NCBI GenBank assembly: GCA_964536885.1
Contig: CAZHYP010000002.1
Coordinates: forward strand, 1 to 33,654
DNA from: an uncultured Gammaproteobacteria bacterium
GTDB taxonomy: Bacteria; Patescibacteriota; Patescibacteriia; Patescibacteriales; UBA12465
Direction: 5' to 3'
Length of the DNA stretch: 33,654 nucleotides
A program made the position numbers and the translations under genes. Numbering within the stretch: the first letter of the stretch is position 1; the number at the start of each line of letters is the position of its first letter. Shown here in pieces: positions 8,437 through 16,973 of the stretch. The notes under the pieces are model-generated. The model was not told the origin of the DNA and did not search any database. It was given only the letters and a program-made list of their open reading frames with translations.

Positions 8437-9612
8437 TCATTTTGTGTCTTTCATAATCAATATAAACGGAAAGGCGGAACAGGTGAAAACGGCTGTTGTA
8501 ATAAAAATATATTGAATTGGCCAGATTGACAAAGTAGCAATCGAAATAAAGGAACCAATAAGATAGCCAAGTGGCAACGAAGCCCTAAAAATATTAATTT
8601 TATCTAAATCTTGACAACTTACTTTTTTGAAAAAATAAGCTTCACGCATCGCTTCTATTAGGGCGGCGCCAATACGACTAATAAATAATATAACAGCCCA
8701 AAACCAGATGTTTTCTGAACTGCTGGTAGAAAAAATTGCCAAACAGACAATCACAATTAGAAAGCCCAAAGCAAACATTTCCTTTTCGCCAATATACTTA
8801 TCAGCAATGAATCCGGCCGGAATCTCTACTATCAAAAAAGGAATAAGCATTATAGAGAAAATAATTCCAATTTCTGGCCACGAAAAATGTAAATAATGAT
8901 GTAGATAAATTGGCACCGTAATAACAGCCACACTGAAGAACACATTTAATAGGGTTGCTAACCAAAAAACACTGCCTAAATTTTTATTTTTAAACATTGC
9001 TTTTGCAGATTTAATCAAAGACACTTTATATTTTTGTTTACTATATATTTGGGAACCTTTTAAATAAAAAATTAATAAAAATGGAAATAATAATAAAGCA
9101 GAGCTTAAGAAAACCCCATAGTAACCACTTAACCCAATTATCCAAGAAGAGATTGTTGGCGAAATAATCCAGGCGAAGTTTATAATTGTAAAATAAACCC
9201 CCCTGGTTTCTCCAGTTGTGGCATTGTCAGAAAACTCTTTTACAAATATATCCATGTTAATCCAAATCAAATAAATTGCGATTTGCATTAGGATAAAAAA
9301 GAAAAAGATGAGAACCGGATCGGTGGTAAAACCTAAAACCGATAAAGAAATTAAGAATAGGAGAGCAATAATTCCTGTTGTTAAATAATTGCCATATCTT
9401 TTTATCAGTTTCGGAAAAACTAAAATCGCAAATAAAGACACCAAATTAGCAGCAATAAAAAACCAATTAACTGCAGAGATTCCCGCATAAGATTCTATGT
9501 AACTGGACTGAATATAGGCCGGCAGAGCACCAGAAAGGGACAGAAAAAAGGCCATTACGTATAAAACCGTTAAACTCTTTTTAGGTTTTCTCCAAAAAAA
9601 TAAATTAAGCAT
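8437..9612 (-). CDS. MFS-type transporter
   Basis: 391 aa with about 12 predicted helices in a 6+6 arrangement around a basic central loop (SKQKYKVSLIKSAKAMFKNKN). Confidence 0.65.
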   Translation of the reverse strand: MLNLFFWRKPKKSLTVLYVMAFFLSLSGALPAYIQSSYIESYAGISAVNWFFIAANLVSLFAILVFPKLIKRYGNYLTTGIIALLFLISLSVLGFTTDPVLIFFFFILMQIAIYLIWINMDIFVKEFSDNATTGETRGVYFTIINFAWIISPTISSWIIGLSGYYGVFLSSALLLFPFLLIFYLKGSQIYSKQKYKVSLIKSAKAMFKNKNLGSVFWLATLLNVFFSVAVITVPIYLHHYLHFSWPEIGIIFSIMLIPFLIVEIPAGFIADKYIGEKEMFALGFLIVIVCLAIFSTSSSENIWFWAVILFISRIGAALIEAMREAYFFKKVSCQDLDKINIFRASLPLGYLIGSFISIATLSIWPIQYIFITTAVFTCSAFPFILIMKDTK

Positions 9613-10399
9613 GGGATGATTTTTTATAAATAATAATTGCTACTACTATAATAGCTAAACTTATAAATTGTGGCCAGCGTAAATACAAAAATATTGGTGT
9701 GGTGTCTACTTTAATAAACTCTAAACCAAATCGAAGCAATGAATATAGGGCTAAATAACTAGCAACAACGCGCATCGCTATTTTTTTGGTTAAATTATTT
9801 CTATAAAGAGTGTTTGTTAAAAAAATCGTGATTAAAATTAACCCTAAGCTTTCATATAAAAATGTTGGATGAAAAAAACTGTTATTAAGATAATTTAAAG
9901 GGCGATGGATTATGTCTATTGGAATTCCCCAAGGTAAATTTGTTGGCAAACCAAATAGTTCTTGATTAAACCAATTTCCCCATCTGCCAATGGCCTGCCC
10001 TAAAGCAACTCCAGGAACGATAACGGCCGCGAAATTCCAAAAATTTAATTCATTTTTTTTAACAAATAAAAATATTGTTAGTGCTCCGGCAATAATCGCT
10101 CCGTGAATAGCGAGACCCCCTTCCCAAATTTTAATTATTTGATTTGGGTTGTTTAAATAATATGGAAATTCCAAAAATATTTCATAAATCCTGGCTCCAA
10201 TAATTCCAAATAAAACCAAATAAAAACTAAGGTCCCAAATATGATCAGACTTGATATTAAATTTCTTTGCTAGTTGTAGTGTTAAAAATAGGGCCAAAAC
10301 TATCCCTAAAACAATAAAAAGCCCGTACCAATGAATACTAATTGTACCTAAATTAAGCAATATTGGATTGGGCAAAAAATTGTGAAGTAAAGAAAACAT
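9605..10399 (-). CDS. lgt: prolipoprotein diacylglyceryl transferase
   Basis: Lgt signatures IHWYGLFIVLGI and GRWGNWFNQELFG. Start trimmed to the internal ATG at 10399, because the ORF-track start at 10429 runs into the tRNA-Leu gene. Confidence 0.9.
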   Translation of the reverse strand: MFSLLHNFLPNPILLNLGTISIHWYGLFIVLGIVLALFLTLQLAKKFNIKSDHIWDLSFYLVLFGIIGARIYEIFLEFPYYLNNPNQIIKIWEGGLAIHGAIIAGALTIFLFVKKNELNFWNFAAVIVPGVALGQAIGRWGNWFNQELFGLPTNLPWGIPIDIIHRPLNYLNNSFFHPTFLYESLGLILITIFLTNTLYRNNLTKKIAMRVVASYLALYSLLRFGLEFIKVDTTPIFLYLRWPQFISLAIIVVAIIIYKKSSHA

Positions 10400-10402
10400 A
10401 TG

Positions 10403-10484
10403 TGCGGGCGGAGAGACTCGAACTCTCACGGGTTGCCCCGCTAGCTCCTAAGGCTAGTGCGTCTACCAATTTCGCCACGCCCGC
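10403..10484 (-). tRNA. tRNA-Leu (anticodon TAG)
   Basis: Class II tRNA on the reverse complement: acceptor GCGGGCG/CGCCCGC, anticodon stem-loop CTAGC-CTTAGGA-GCTAG, long variable arm, T-arm GAGAG-TTCGAGT-CTCTC, discriminator A. Confidence 0.85.
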
Positions 10485-10563
10485 GTGAGATTATCTTATA
10501 TGATAATTCGTTAATTGTAAAGATTGTGATATAATAATAAAAAATAACTCTAAAAATATTAAT

Positions 10564-12966
10564 ATGAAAAAAATTTCGTTCATTAAGTTTTTTAAGGAGC
10601 TCACAATTTTTGACGTTCCTTCGGTTGGTGGAAAAAACGCTTCGCTTGGCGAGATGTATCGTCGTTTATCCGACAAAGGAATCAATATTCCTAACGGATT
10701 TGCGACCACCGCTGAGGCTTATCGCTACTTTTTAGAAAGCACTGGCCTTAAAAATAAAATTAAAGAAATTCTATCTGATCTTGATACGCACAATATTAAG
10801 AATTTAATGAAACGCGGCGCCACAGTGCGTAAACTTATTTTGGAAACTGAGCTGCCGGAAGATTTTAAAAAAGCGATTTTAACCGCTTATCGTAAACTAT
10901 CTGCTGAGAGTAAAGTAAAGAATTTAGACGTTGCGGTTCGTTCATCGGCAACTGCTGAGGATTTGCCGGATGCTTCTTTCGCTGGGCAACAAGAAAGCTT
11001 CTTAAACGTTGTGGGTGAAAAGGCTTTAATTCACGCCGTTCGAATGTGTATCGCTTCCTTATTTAATGATCGAGCAATCTCTTATCGCGCTGATAAGGGT
11101 TTTGATCACTTTTCAATTGCTCTTTCGGTTGGTGTGCAAAAAATGGTGCGCTCTGATTTAGGCGCCTCTGGTGTAATGTTTACTATTGATACCGAATCCG
11201 GTTTTAAAAATGCGGTTCTTATTAATTCCATTTATGGTTTAGGTGAAAATATGGTTCAGGGTCGAGTTAATCCTGATGAGTTTTATGTTTTTAAACCAAC
11301 CATGGCAATTGTTTATAAATCAATTGGCAAAAAGGCCCTGAGAATGGTTTATGACGCAAAATCTAGATTAGCAGTTAAAAATATTCCCGTTCCTCATGAT
11401 CAACAAATAAAACAATCAATTACTGATGAACAAGTAAAACAATTAGCTGCCTGGGCAATGTTAATTGAAACCCATTATAAAAGACCAATGGATATTGAAT
11501 GGGCTTATGATGGAAAATCAAAAAAACTTTATATTGTTCAAGCACGACCAGAAACTGTTGAGAGTATTAAAGATCGAAATTTTTTGGAACGCTATGTAAT
11601 GAGTAAAAAGGGATCAGTAATTATTAGTGGTCAGAGTGTTGGCAGTCGAATCGGTAGTGGTACGGCTAATAAAATAATGAGTATTCGTGACATTAATAAA
11701 TTTAAAAAGGGCGATGTTTTGGTTACTGATATGACCGATCCGGACTGGGAACCAATCATGAAAATTGCTTCGGCGATTGTTACCGATAAAGGAGGAAGAA
11801 CCTGTCACGCCGCTATTGTGTCTCGTGAACTAGGTATTCCTTGTGTGGTTGGCACTAATAATGGTTCTACCAAAATAAAAACCGGAACCGCAGTTACCGT
11901 ATCTTGTGCCGAAGGAGATTTAGGCTTTGTTTATGAGGGTAAAATTCCGTTTAAAGTTGAACGAACAAATATTAAAGATATCAAACGCCCTAAAACAAAA
12001 ATAATGATGAATATTGCTGAACCAGATTTAGCTTTTTCTTGTGCTCAAACTCCTAACGATGGTGTTGGACTAGCTCGTTTGGAATTTATTATTAATAATT
12101 ATATTAAAATTCATCCTCTAGCACTACTTAATTATAATAATTTAAAAGACAAGGCGGCTAAAAAGAAAATCGATGAACTAACAGAGGGCTATAAGAAAAA
12201 ATCTGATTATTTTGTTGATCGTTTGGCCCAGGGAGTGGCGATGATTGCTTCCGCTTTTTATCCTAAAGATGTAATTGTTCGTTTGTCAGATTTTAAAACT
12301 AATGAATATGCTAATTTAATTGGCGGACGAGAATTTGAACCAATTGAATCAAATCCGATGATTGGCTGGCGCGGGGCGAGTCGTTATTATGCTCCTGAGT
12401 TTTTACCAGCCTTTGAACTAGAGTGCCAAGCGCTCAAGAGAGTTCGTGATGAGTTTGGTCTTAAAAATTTAAAGGTTATGATTCCCTTCTGCCGTACTGT
12501 TGAAGAAGGCAAAAAGGTTTTAAGTATCATGGCGGCAAACGGCTTGAAGCGCGGAGTAAATGGCTTAGAAGTTTATGTGATGGCTGAGATTCCTGCCAAT
12601 GTTATTCTAGCGGAAGAGTTTTGTAAAATATTTGATGGTTTTTCAATCGGATCCAATGACTTAACCCAGCTTGTTTTAGGAATTGATCGTGATGCTGGAA
12701 CCCTGAAGATTGAAGGGGTTTCCAATGAAAAGAACGAAGCCGTTAAAACTCTAATTAGGTCATTAATCGCTACTGCTAAAAAGAATCACCGCAAGGTTGG
12801 TATTTGTGGTCAGGGACCAAGCGACTTCCCTGAATTTGCTCAGTTCTTGGCTGATAACGAAATCGATAGTATTTCGTTAATTCCTGACACGGTATTAAAG
12901 ACTACTATTGCTTTAAGTAAGAACGAAAAGTCTAAAAAACGGGGATTCCTATCATTTATATTCTAA
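10564..12966 (+). CDS. ppsA: phosphoenolpyruvate synthase (pyruvate, water dikinase)
   Basis: 800 aa. N-terminal ATP-grasp segment VGGKNASLGEM, swivelling phosphohistidine motif GGRTCHAAIVSRELGIPCVVG, C-terminal PEP-utilising TIM barrel (SIGSNDLTQL). Confidence 0.95.
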   Translation: MKKISFIKFFKELTIFDVPSVGGKNASLGEMYRRLSDKGINIPNGFATTAEAYRYFLESTGLKNKIKEILSDLDTHNIKNLMKRGATVRKLILETELPEDFKKAILTAYRKLSAESKVKNLDVAVRSSATAEDLPDASFAGQQESFLNVVGEKALIHAVRMCIASLFNDRAISYRADKGFDHFSIALSVGVQKMVRSDLGASGVMFTIDTESGFKNAVLINSIYGLGENMVQGRVNPDEFYVFKPTMAIVYKSIGKKALRMVYDAKSRLAVKNIPVPHDQQIKQSITDEQVKQLAAWAMLIETHYKRPMDIEWAYDGKSKKLYIVQARPETVESIKDRNFLERYVMSKKGSVIISGQSVGSRIGSGTANKIMSIRDINKFKKGDVLVTDMTDPDWEPIMKIASAIVTDKGGRTCHAAIVSRELGIPCVVGTNNGSTKIKTGTAVTVSCAEGDLGFVYEGKIPFKVERTNIKDIKRPKTKIMMNIAEPDLAFSCAQTPNDGVGLARLEFIINNYIKIHPLALLNYNNLKDKAAKKKIDELTEGYKKKSDYFVDRLAQGVAMIASAFYPKDVIVRLSDFKTNEYANLIGGREFEPIESNPMIGWRGASRYYAPEFLPAFELECQALKRVRDEFGLKNLKVMIPFCRTVEEGKKVLSIMAANGLKRGVNGLEVYVMAEIPANVILAEEFCKIFDGFSIGSNDLTQLVLGIDRDAGTLKIEGVSNEKNEAVKTLIRSLIATAKKNHRKVGICGQGPSDFPEFAQFLADNEIDSISLIPDTVLKTTIALSKNEKSKKRGFLSFIF

Positions 12967-12973
12967 TGTTAAA

Positions 12974-13013
12974 CAAAAAAAGACCCTTGGGCTTACACCC
13001 AGGGGTCTTTTTT
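12974..13013. terminator. bidirectional intrinsic terminator between convergent ppsA and the 3D-domain gene
   Basis: AGACCCTTGGG-CTTACA-CCCAGGGGTCT flanked by A7 and T6 runs. Confidence 0.8.
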
Positions 13014-13033
13014 AAAGTATATTGACTTAAAAA

Positions 13034-13600
13034 TTATTCTAAAACTTGAATTTTGGCTGTTTTAACGCCAAATTTAATAGCACTAGAACGGTCCTTCATC
13101 CAAATATCTACTCTGTTGGGGTGTTTTTTGTTCATACGATCACGAACCACAAAAACACGGTCACCGTATAGTTCAGGAATTTTTACCTTTGTTCCCATTT
13201 TTAAGAAGTTAGCAGCAATAGTATCTTCAACTCCGTGTTTACAAACATTGAAACCGTTTGCAGTGATACATGGGGAATCATCGGTTTGTCCTACTTCAGA
13301 GTTGTAGGCGGTAATAACGTGAACACTAGTACTCTTTACTTTGTATTCAGGGGTGGTAGAAGCGACAGCAGTGGCAGTATCAGCCACTTTCTTAGCCTCA
13401 ATATCCATTTCAGCGCTTTTGTTGACTTCCCCAAGACTAATCTCTTCTTGTTCCTGGGCGGCCACAGTTTCGGCGGCTAAAACAGGGGTAAAGAATAAAA
13501 CAAACTGAAAGATACAAGCAATAAGCAAGAATAATAAAATACTCTGCTTGCTACTGAGAGGCACAATATCCTCTCCAAATTTTTGAAGACGTTTTTTCAT
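13034..13600 (-). CDS. 3D-domain cell-wall-associated protein (MltA/RlpA-like double-psi barrel)
   Basis: 188 aa with an N-terminal TM/signal anchor. C-terminal VITAYNSEVGQTDDSPCITANG...GTKVKIPELYGDRVFVVRDRMN...VDIWM matches the 3D-domain pattern (the three conserved Asp). Confidence 0.8.
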   Translation of the reverse strand: MKKRLQKFGEDIVPLSSKQSILLFLLIACIFQFVLFFTPVLAAETVAAQEQEEISLGEVNKSAEMDIEAKKVADTATAVASTTPEYKVKSTSVHVITAYNSEVGQTDDSPCITANGFNVCKHGVEDTIAANFLKMGTKVKIPELYGDRVFVVRDRMNKKHPNRVDIWMKDRSSAIKFGVKTAKIQVLE

Positions 13601-13661
13601 AAGTTTATAATTTGGCCGAAAATAAAAACCCTTTTTTAGGGGGTCGTTTTTTCGACCTTTA

Positions 13662-13690
13662 TTTATATCACACTCGTCTTTTTAAGTCAA
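13662..13690 (-). promoter_or_regulatory. sigma70-like promoter of the 3D-domain gene
   Basis: Minus strand: TTGACT, 17-nt spacer, TATAAA. Lies back-to-back with the plus-strand promoter at 13712. Confidence 0.5.
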
Positions 13691-13711
13691 GACCCCACTG
13701 GGGATAAGTCA

Positions 13712-13740
13712 TTGACAAAAAGATGTAAATATGATATGAT
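13712..13740 (+). promoter_or_regulatory. sigma70-like promoter of the lipoprotein gene
   Basis: TTGACA, 17-nt spacer, TATGAT. Confidence 0.55.
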
Positions 13741-13806
13741 ATTTTTAGTTAAGAAAGAGAGTCTTAACCTAAAAAATAGTAAATTAAAAACAAAATCAGA
13801 TACATC

Positions 13807-14325
13807 ATGAAGAAAATGTTATTATTTTTACTCGGCACACTGTTGCTGGGTGCTGCTATGACCAGCTGTGTTTCTACAAATGGTCTCACTCGATACGAAT
13901 ACGTACGTACTGTTCGTTCGCAAATTTTTCAGGCGAACGGAAACGACAGCGTTCCTGATCAAATGGGGCGACTGAGGTACAATCAGGGCACCAGAGAGCA
14001 AATCGTTAAACTGTCTGTGGCAGCTGACACGGTGAAGTTTTTCCCTTGCTTGCTGATAAACAGTAAGATTGGCCGCAATGAGATGGCCACATTTTACTTT
14101 AGCAGCCGCTATGTAAAAGACGTTGCCAAATCTTTTGCCCTCAGACCTGAAAGTGAAATGATTGTGTCGTTGCCAGCCGGAGAATACTTTGTCAGAATTG
14201 TTTCTAGCAACTTTGATGAGACGTTCATTTCGCATGTTGACCCCAGAGTGACTCATACCACTAATAATAATGGTAAAGACCGCACATTCTATCTAATTGC
14301 TGAAAAGCGGTTGAATGATCACTAA
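13807..14325 (+). CDS. hypothetical lipoprotein, compositionally atypical
   Basis: 172 aa. Signal peptide MKKMLLFLLGTLLLGAAMTSC ends in a lipobox-like Cys. Visibly more G+C-rich than its neighbours. Has its own promoter and terminator. Confidence 0.55.
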   Translation: MKKMLLFLLGTLLLGAAMTSCVSTNGLTRYEYVRTVRSQIFQANGNDSVPDQMGRLRYNQGTREQIVKLSVAADTVKFFPCLLINSKIGRNEMATFYFSSRYVKDVAKSFALRPESEMIVSLPAGEYFVRIVSSNFDETFISHVDPRVTHTTNNNGKDRTFYLIAEKRLNDH

Positions 14326-14330
14326 CCAAT

Positions 14331-14373
14331 AAAAAAAGGACCCAATCCAATAAGGAAAGGGTCCTGTTTTTTT
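14331..14373. terminator. bidirectional intrinsic terminator (lipoprotein gene / end of pilin-like array)
   Basis: A7-GGACCC-N15-GGGTCC-TGTTTTTTT. Confidence 0.7.
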
Positions 14374-14384
14374 AAAAAAACTGA

Positions 14385-14804
14385 TTAAGGAGTGACCGAG
14401 GCGCCACCAGTTCCGTTGCTAGCAAATGGTAAATATTTAAAGACAGAGTAAGTTATAGCGTAAGCAGCTAAGACAATGATAATACCGATCACGGAGTTTT
14501 TAATAGAACCTTTAGCGGCGTCAATTTCTTTTTCATTCCCTTGAGACATCATCCATTTAAAGCCTGCTAAAATTGTTAAAACCAAAAAGACAACACCTAA
14601 GAAACCAAGAACCACCTGAATAATAACTGATATTATAGTGGCTAAATTTGAACTACCCGCCAACCCAGCGGCGCCCGCTAGAGCTTCGTCTTGGGCATCT
14701 AGGCTGTCGGTTTTTAGGCTCGCCGCTTTAATAAATGAAGCTAAACTGAATTGAGTAATAAATAAAAAAATGAAAGCCTTTATTTTGTTAAATTTATTTA
14801 TCAT
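14385..14804 (-). CDS. VirB2/TrbC-like two-helix pilin paralogue P6
   Basis: 139 aa. Signal peptide ending IKA/AS, variable segment, TM1, loop GFKWMMSQGNEKEIDAAK, TM2. Overlaps P5 by 4 nt. Confidence 0.6.
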   Translation of the reverse strand: MINKFNKIKAFIFLFITQFSLASFIKAASLKTDSLDAQDEALAGAAGLAGSSNLATIISVIIQVVLGFLGVVFLVLTILAGFKWMMSQGNEKEIDAAKGSIKNSVIGIIIVLAAYAITYSVFKYLPFASNGTGGASVTP

Positions 14805-15211
14805 ATTTTTGAAATAAAGTAAGTCTTAATAAAGAACCAAACAGCATAAGAAGCGATAACAACAACCAAACCAATAACGGCTCTAGTTACCGAATCTTTG
14901 GCTTTCTCTACTTGTGATTCATTGCCCTGAGCAGTCATCCACTGATATCCAGACATGATTGTAATCGCCAAGAAAATAATACCTAAAATACTTAAGGCGA
15001 CACTAATAACAAGTCCTAAAGTGGAGGCCAAAGTGGTTTCAGTCGCGGTTTGTGAATATGGGCCATAACCAGTAGCAGCGTTGTTAAGACGATCGATTGG
15101 TGAAGCCTTACTCTTTAAAAGTGTTGCATCAGCTGAAAATACTAATCCCGGAACAATTAGAATTACTGTTAAAAAGAAAACGTTTAGCCAAGATTTAAAT
15201 TTTTTAACCAT
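14801..15211 (-). CDS. VirB2/TrbC-like two-helix pilin paralogue P5
   Basis: 136 aa. Signal peptide, variable segment, TM1, loop GYQWMTAQGNESQVEKAK, TM2. Confidence 0.6.
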   Translation of the reverse strand: MVKKFKSWLNVFFLTVILIVPGLVFSADATLLKSKASPIDRLNNAATGYGPYSQTATETTLASTLGLVISVALSILGIIFLAITIMSGYQWMTAQGNESQVEKAKDSVTRAVIGLVVVIASYAVWFFIKTYFISKI

Positions 15212-15215
15212 ATTA

Positions 15216-15605
15216 TTAATTAAAGATTCTTAACAAAAAGATTGTTAAAGCGTATCCACCTATTATAAAAATTAGACCAATAATAACTGTAAATAAATTA
15301 TCTTTAGCTTTGGTTACTTGAGCTTCGTTACCACGAGCGGTCATCCAAGTAAAACCACTATAAATTATAAGAGCAATTGCAATAATTCCTAAAAGTGAAA
15401 AGAAGGCAGTTAAGATTATTCCAACATAACCTTCGACGGCGATTGGATCTTTTTCATAGCCAGATTGTTGTGCCAACGTGGATAAAGAACCTTCTTTATT
15501 AAAGCTATCTTTAAAACTAAAAGCCAACGCTGGCGTGTTAATTAAAAAACTGGCAGTAATTATGATGGCTAATAAATATTTAGTTATTTTTTTTGGGTTT
15601 AACAT
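15216..15605 (-). CDS. VirB2/TrbC-like two-helix pilin paralogue P4
   Basis: 129 aa. Signal peptide ending ALA/FS, TM1, loop GFTWMTARGNEAQVTKAK, TM2. Confidence 0.6.
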   Translation of the reverse strand: MLNPKKITKYLLAIIITASFLINTPALAFSFKDSFNKEGSLSTLAQQSGYEKDPIAVEGYVGIILTAFFSLLGIIAIALIIYSGFTWMTARGNEAQVTKAKDNLFTVIIGLIFIIGGYALTIFLLRIFN

Positions 15606-15606
15606 T

Positions 15607-16011
15607 TTAGTTGGAAGTATTTTCTACTTGTCGTGCTGTATTTTGAAAGGCATTCATTACAAAATATGTTATGCCATAAGCGGAAAGACAAATTATTAAA
15701 CCAACAATTGCTTTTACTATGGTGTTTTTAGCCTTATCAATTTGACTAGTGTTTCCTTGAGCGGTCATCCAATTAACCCCGGCATAAATAGTTAGAATTA
15801 AAAAAATTAAACCCATGAAAGAAAAAATAACGCTAAGAACTAAACCAATATAATATTCTGGAGTCATTTCTGAATTAGCATCGTATCCCATTGTTGGAGC
15901 AACCTCCTTAATTCCGCTATTCTGTTTAAAATCATAAGCCGCACTCGCTGGTGATACGGAGATGGATAAGATGGTAAAATTTAATAATATTAAGGCTAAT
16001 ATTTTTTTCAT
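15607..16011 (-). CDS. VirB2/TrbC-like two-helix pilin paralogue P3
   Basis: 134 aa. Signal peptide ending ASA/AY, TM1, loop GVNWMTAQGNTSQIDKAK, TM2. Confidence 0.6.
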   Translation of the reverse strand: MKKILALILLNFTILSISVSPASAAYDFKQNSGIKEVAPTMGYDANSEMTPEYYIGLVLSVIFSFMGLIFLILTIYAGVNWMTAQGNTSQIDKAKNTIVKAIVGLIICLSAYGITYFVMNAFQNTARQVENTSN

Positions 16012-16019
16012 AGCTTAAA

Positions 16020-16421
16020 CTATTTAGCAAGATTTTGACCAACAAAGGTGGTGATTGAATAAGCAGCCGTAATTATTACCAAACCAATAACAGCATTTAT
16101 TAATAAATCCTTAGCTTTTTCTACTTGAGCAGAATTTCCTTGAGCGGTCATCCACATTATGCCAGCATAAATAGTTAAAATTAAGAAAATAACGCCCACA
16201 AAAGATAAAATTAAACCAACAATACCACCGACTCTGTTAAGTAGCATTGTTCTAATAGATGCCTTTTCCTGCTGATATTGGGAATTATAAAGAGAAACGC
16301 CACTAACTGTTTTAGTAAGGCCCTCAATAGTTGGGTCGGTGGTGGTAGCTAAAGCAGGGCTTATGGAAAATAATGATACCCATAAGATTGCTACCGCTAA
16401 TAAATATTTGGTTAATTTCAT
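16020..16421 (-). CDS. VirB2/TrbC-like two-helix pilin paralogue P2
   Basis: 133 aa. Signal peptide ending ALA/TT, TM1, loop GIMWMTAQGNSAQVEKAK, TM2. Confidence 0.6.
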   Translation of the reverse strand: MKLTKYLLAVAILWVSLFSISPALATTTDPTIEGLTKTVSGVSLYNSQYQQEKASIRTMLLNRVGGIVGLILSFVGVIFLILTIYAGIMWMTAQGNSAQVEKAKDLLINAVIGLVIITAAYSITTFVGQNLAK

Positions 16422-16521
16422 ATGGTTTTTTTACGGCTCTAAATCTAAAGAATTTAGGTTTAAGGCGGCAACCCCCATAAAAATATGAGGGGACCGTTTT
16501 TCTGAAATCGATTTCGGAAAA

Positions 16522-16926
16522 CTAGTTAGCAGAACCTGTTCCAGTTGTAGTAACAGTAACAGCCTGAGTAAGAACCCACTTAGCAATACCCCAAGCAGAT
16601 AAAATGATGACGATACCAACGATACCGGCGCTCATTAATTTCTTAGCTTCAGTGATTTTGTCATCACTTCCACCAGCGGTCATCCATTTGAAACCTCCCA
16701 TTAAGATAATAACTACAGCAACTAAGCCTAAGAAAAGCATAGCGGTGTTAATTAAGTTAGTAGCAAGAGCAACTGGAGATTTTTCACCTAATTTTAAATT
16801 GGTAGATACAACGTTTCCGCCTAAGTCAGTGTTAACGTCTAAAGTACCAGCAGCTAAAACAGCTGGAGCTACTACGAAAGACATAACGATGGCCAAGGAT
16901 AATAAGTGTTTTGCAAATTTTTTCAT
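16522..16926 (-). CDS. VirB2/TrbC-like two-helix pilin paralogue P1 (candidate major subunit)
   Basis: 134 aa. Signal peptide ending VLA/AG, TM1, loop GFKWMTAGGSDDKITEAK, TM2, Thr/Gly-rich tail. Strong SD AAAGGTGGTG and its own promoter. Confidence 0.65.
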   Translation of the reverse strand: MKKFAKHLLSLAIVMSFVVAPAVLAAGTLDVNTDLGGNVVSTNLKLGEKSPVALATNLINTAMLFLGLVAVVIILMGGFKWMTAGGSDDKITEAKKLMSAGIVGIVIILSAWGIAKWVLTQAVTVTTTGTGSAN

Positions 16927-16973
16927 AATTCACCACCTTTCTAGTTTTTAATATTTTTTTATTTTATGTAATT

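Noticed and set aside
10400-10709. The N-terminal extension of lgt (to 10429) and the 72-aa ORF at 10491-10709.
   Set aside because: The lgt extension overlaps the tRNA-Leu(TAG) gene. The 72-aa ORF is antisense to the ppsA start region and promoter.
13601-13690. Possible cyclic-di-AMP (ydaO-type) riboswitch upstream of the 3D-domain cell-wall gene, a common association.
   Set aside because: The predicted 5' UTR is only about 60 nt (promoter TTGACT-17-TATAAA at 13690-13662) and has two short hairpins. It is far too small for that riboswitch and lacks its pseudo-twofold layout.
13828-14256. 142-aa minus-strand ORF antisense to the lipoprotein gene.
   Set aside because: It has no start context, promoter or recognisable features. 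It is most simply explained as a by-product of the locally higher G+C content keeping the antisense frame open. The sense ORF has a promoter, signal peptide and terminator.
16604-16951. 115-aa plus-strand ORF antisense to pilin-like gene P1, plus the 62-aa ORF at 16431-16619.
   Set aside because: Both are low-complexity mirror translations of a well-supported gene and its spacer, and neither has expression signals.
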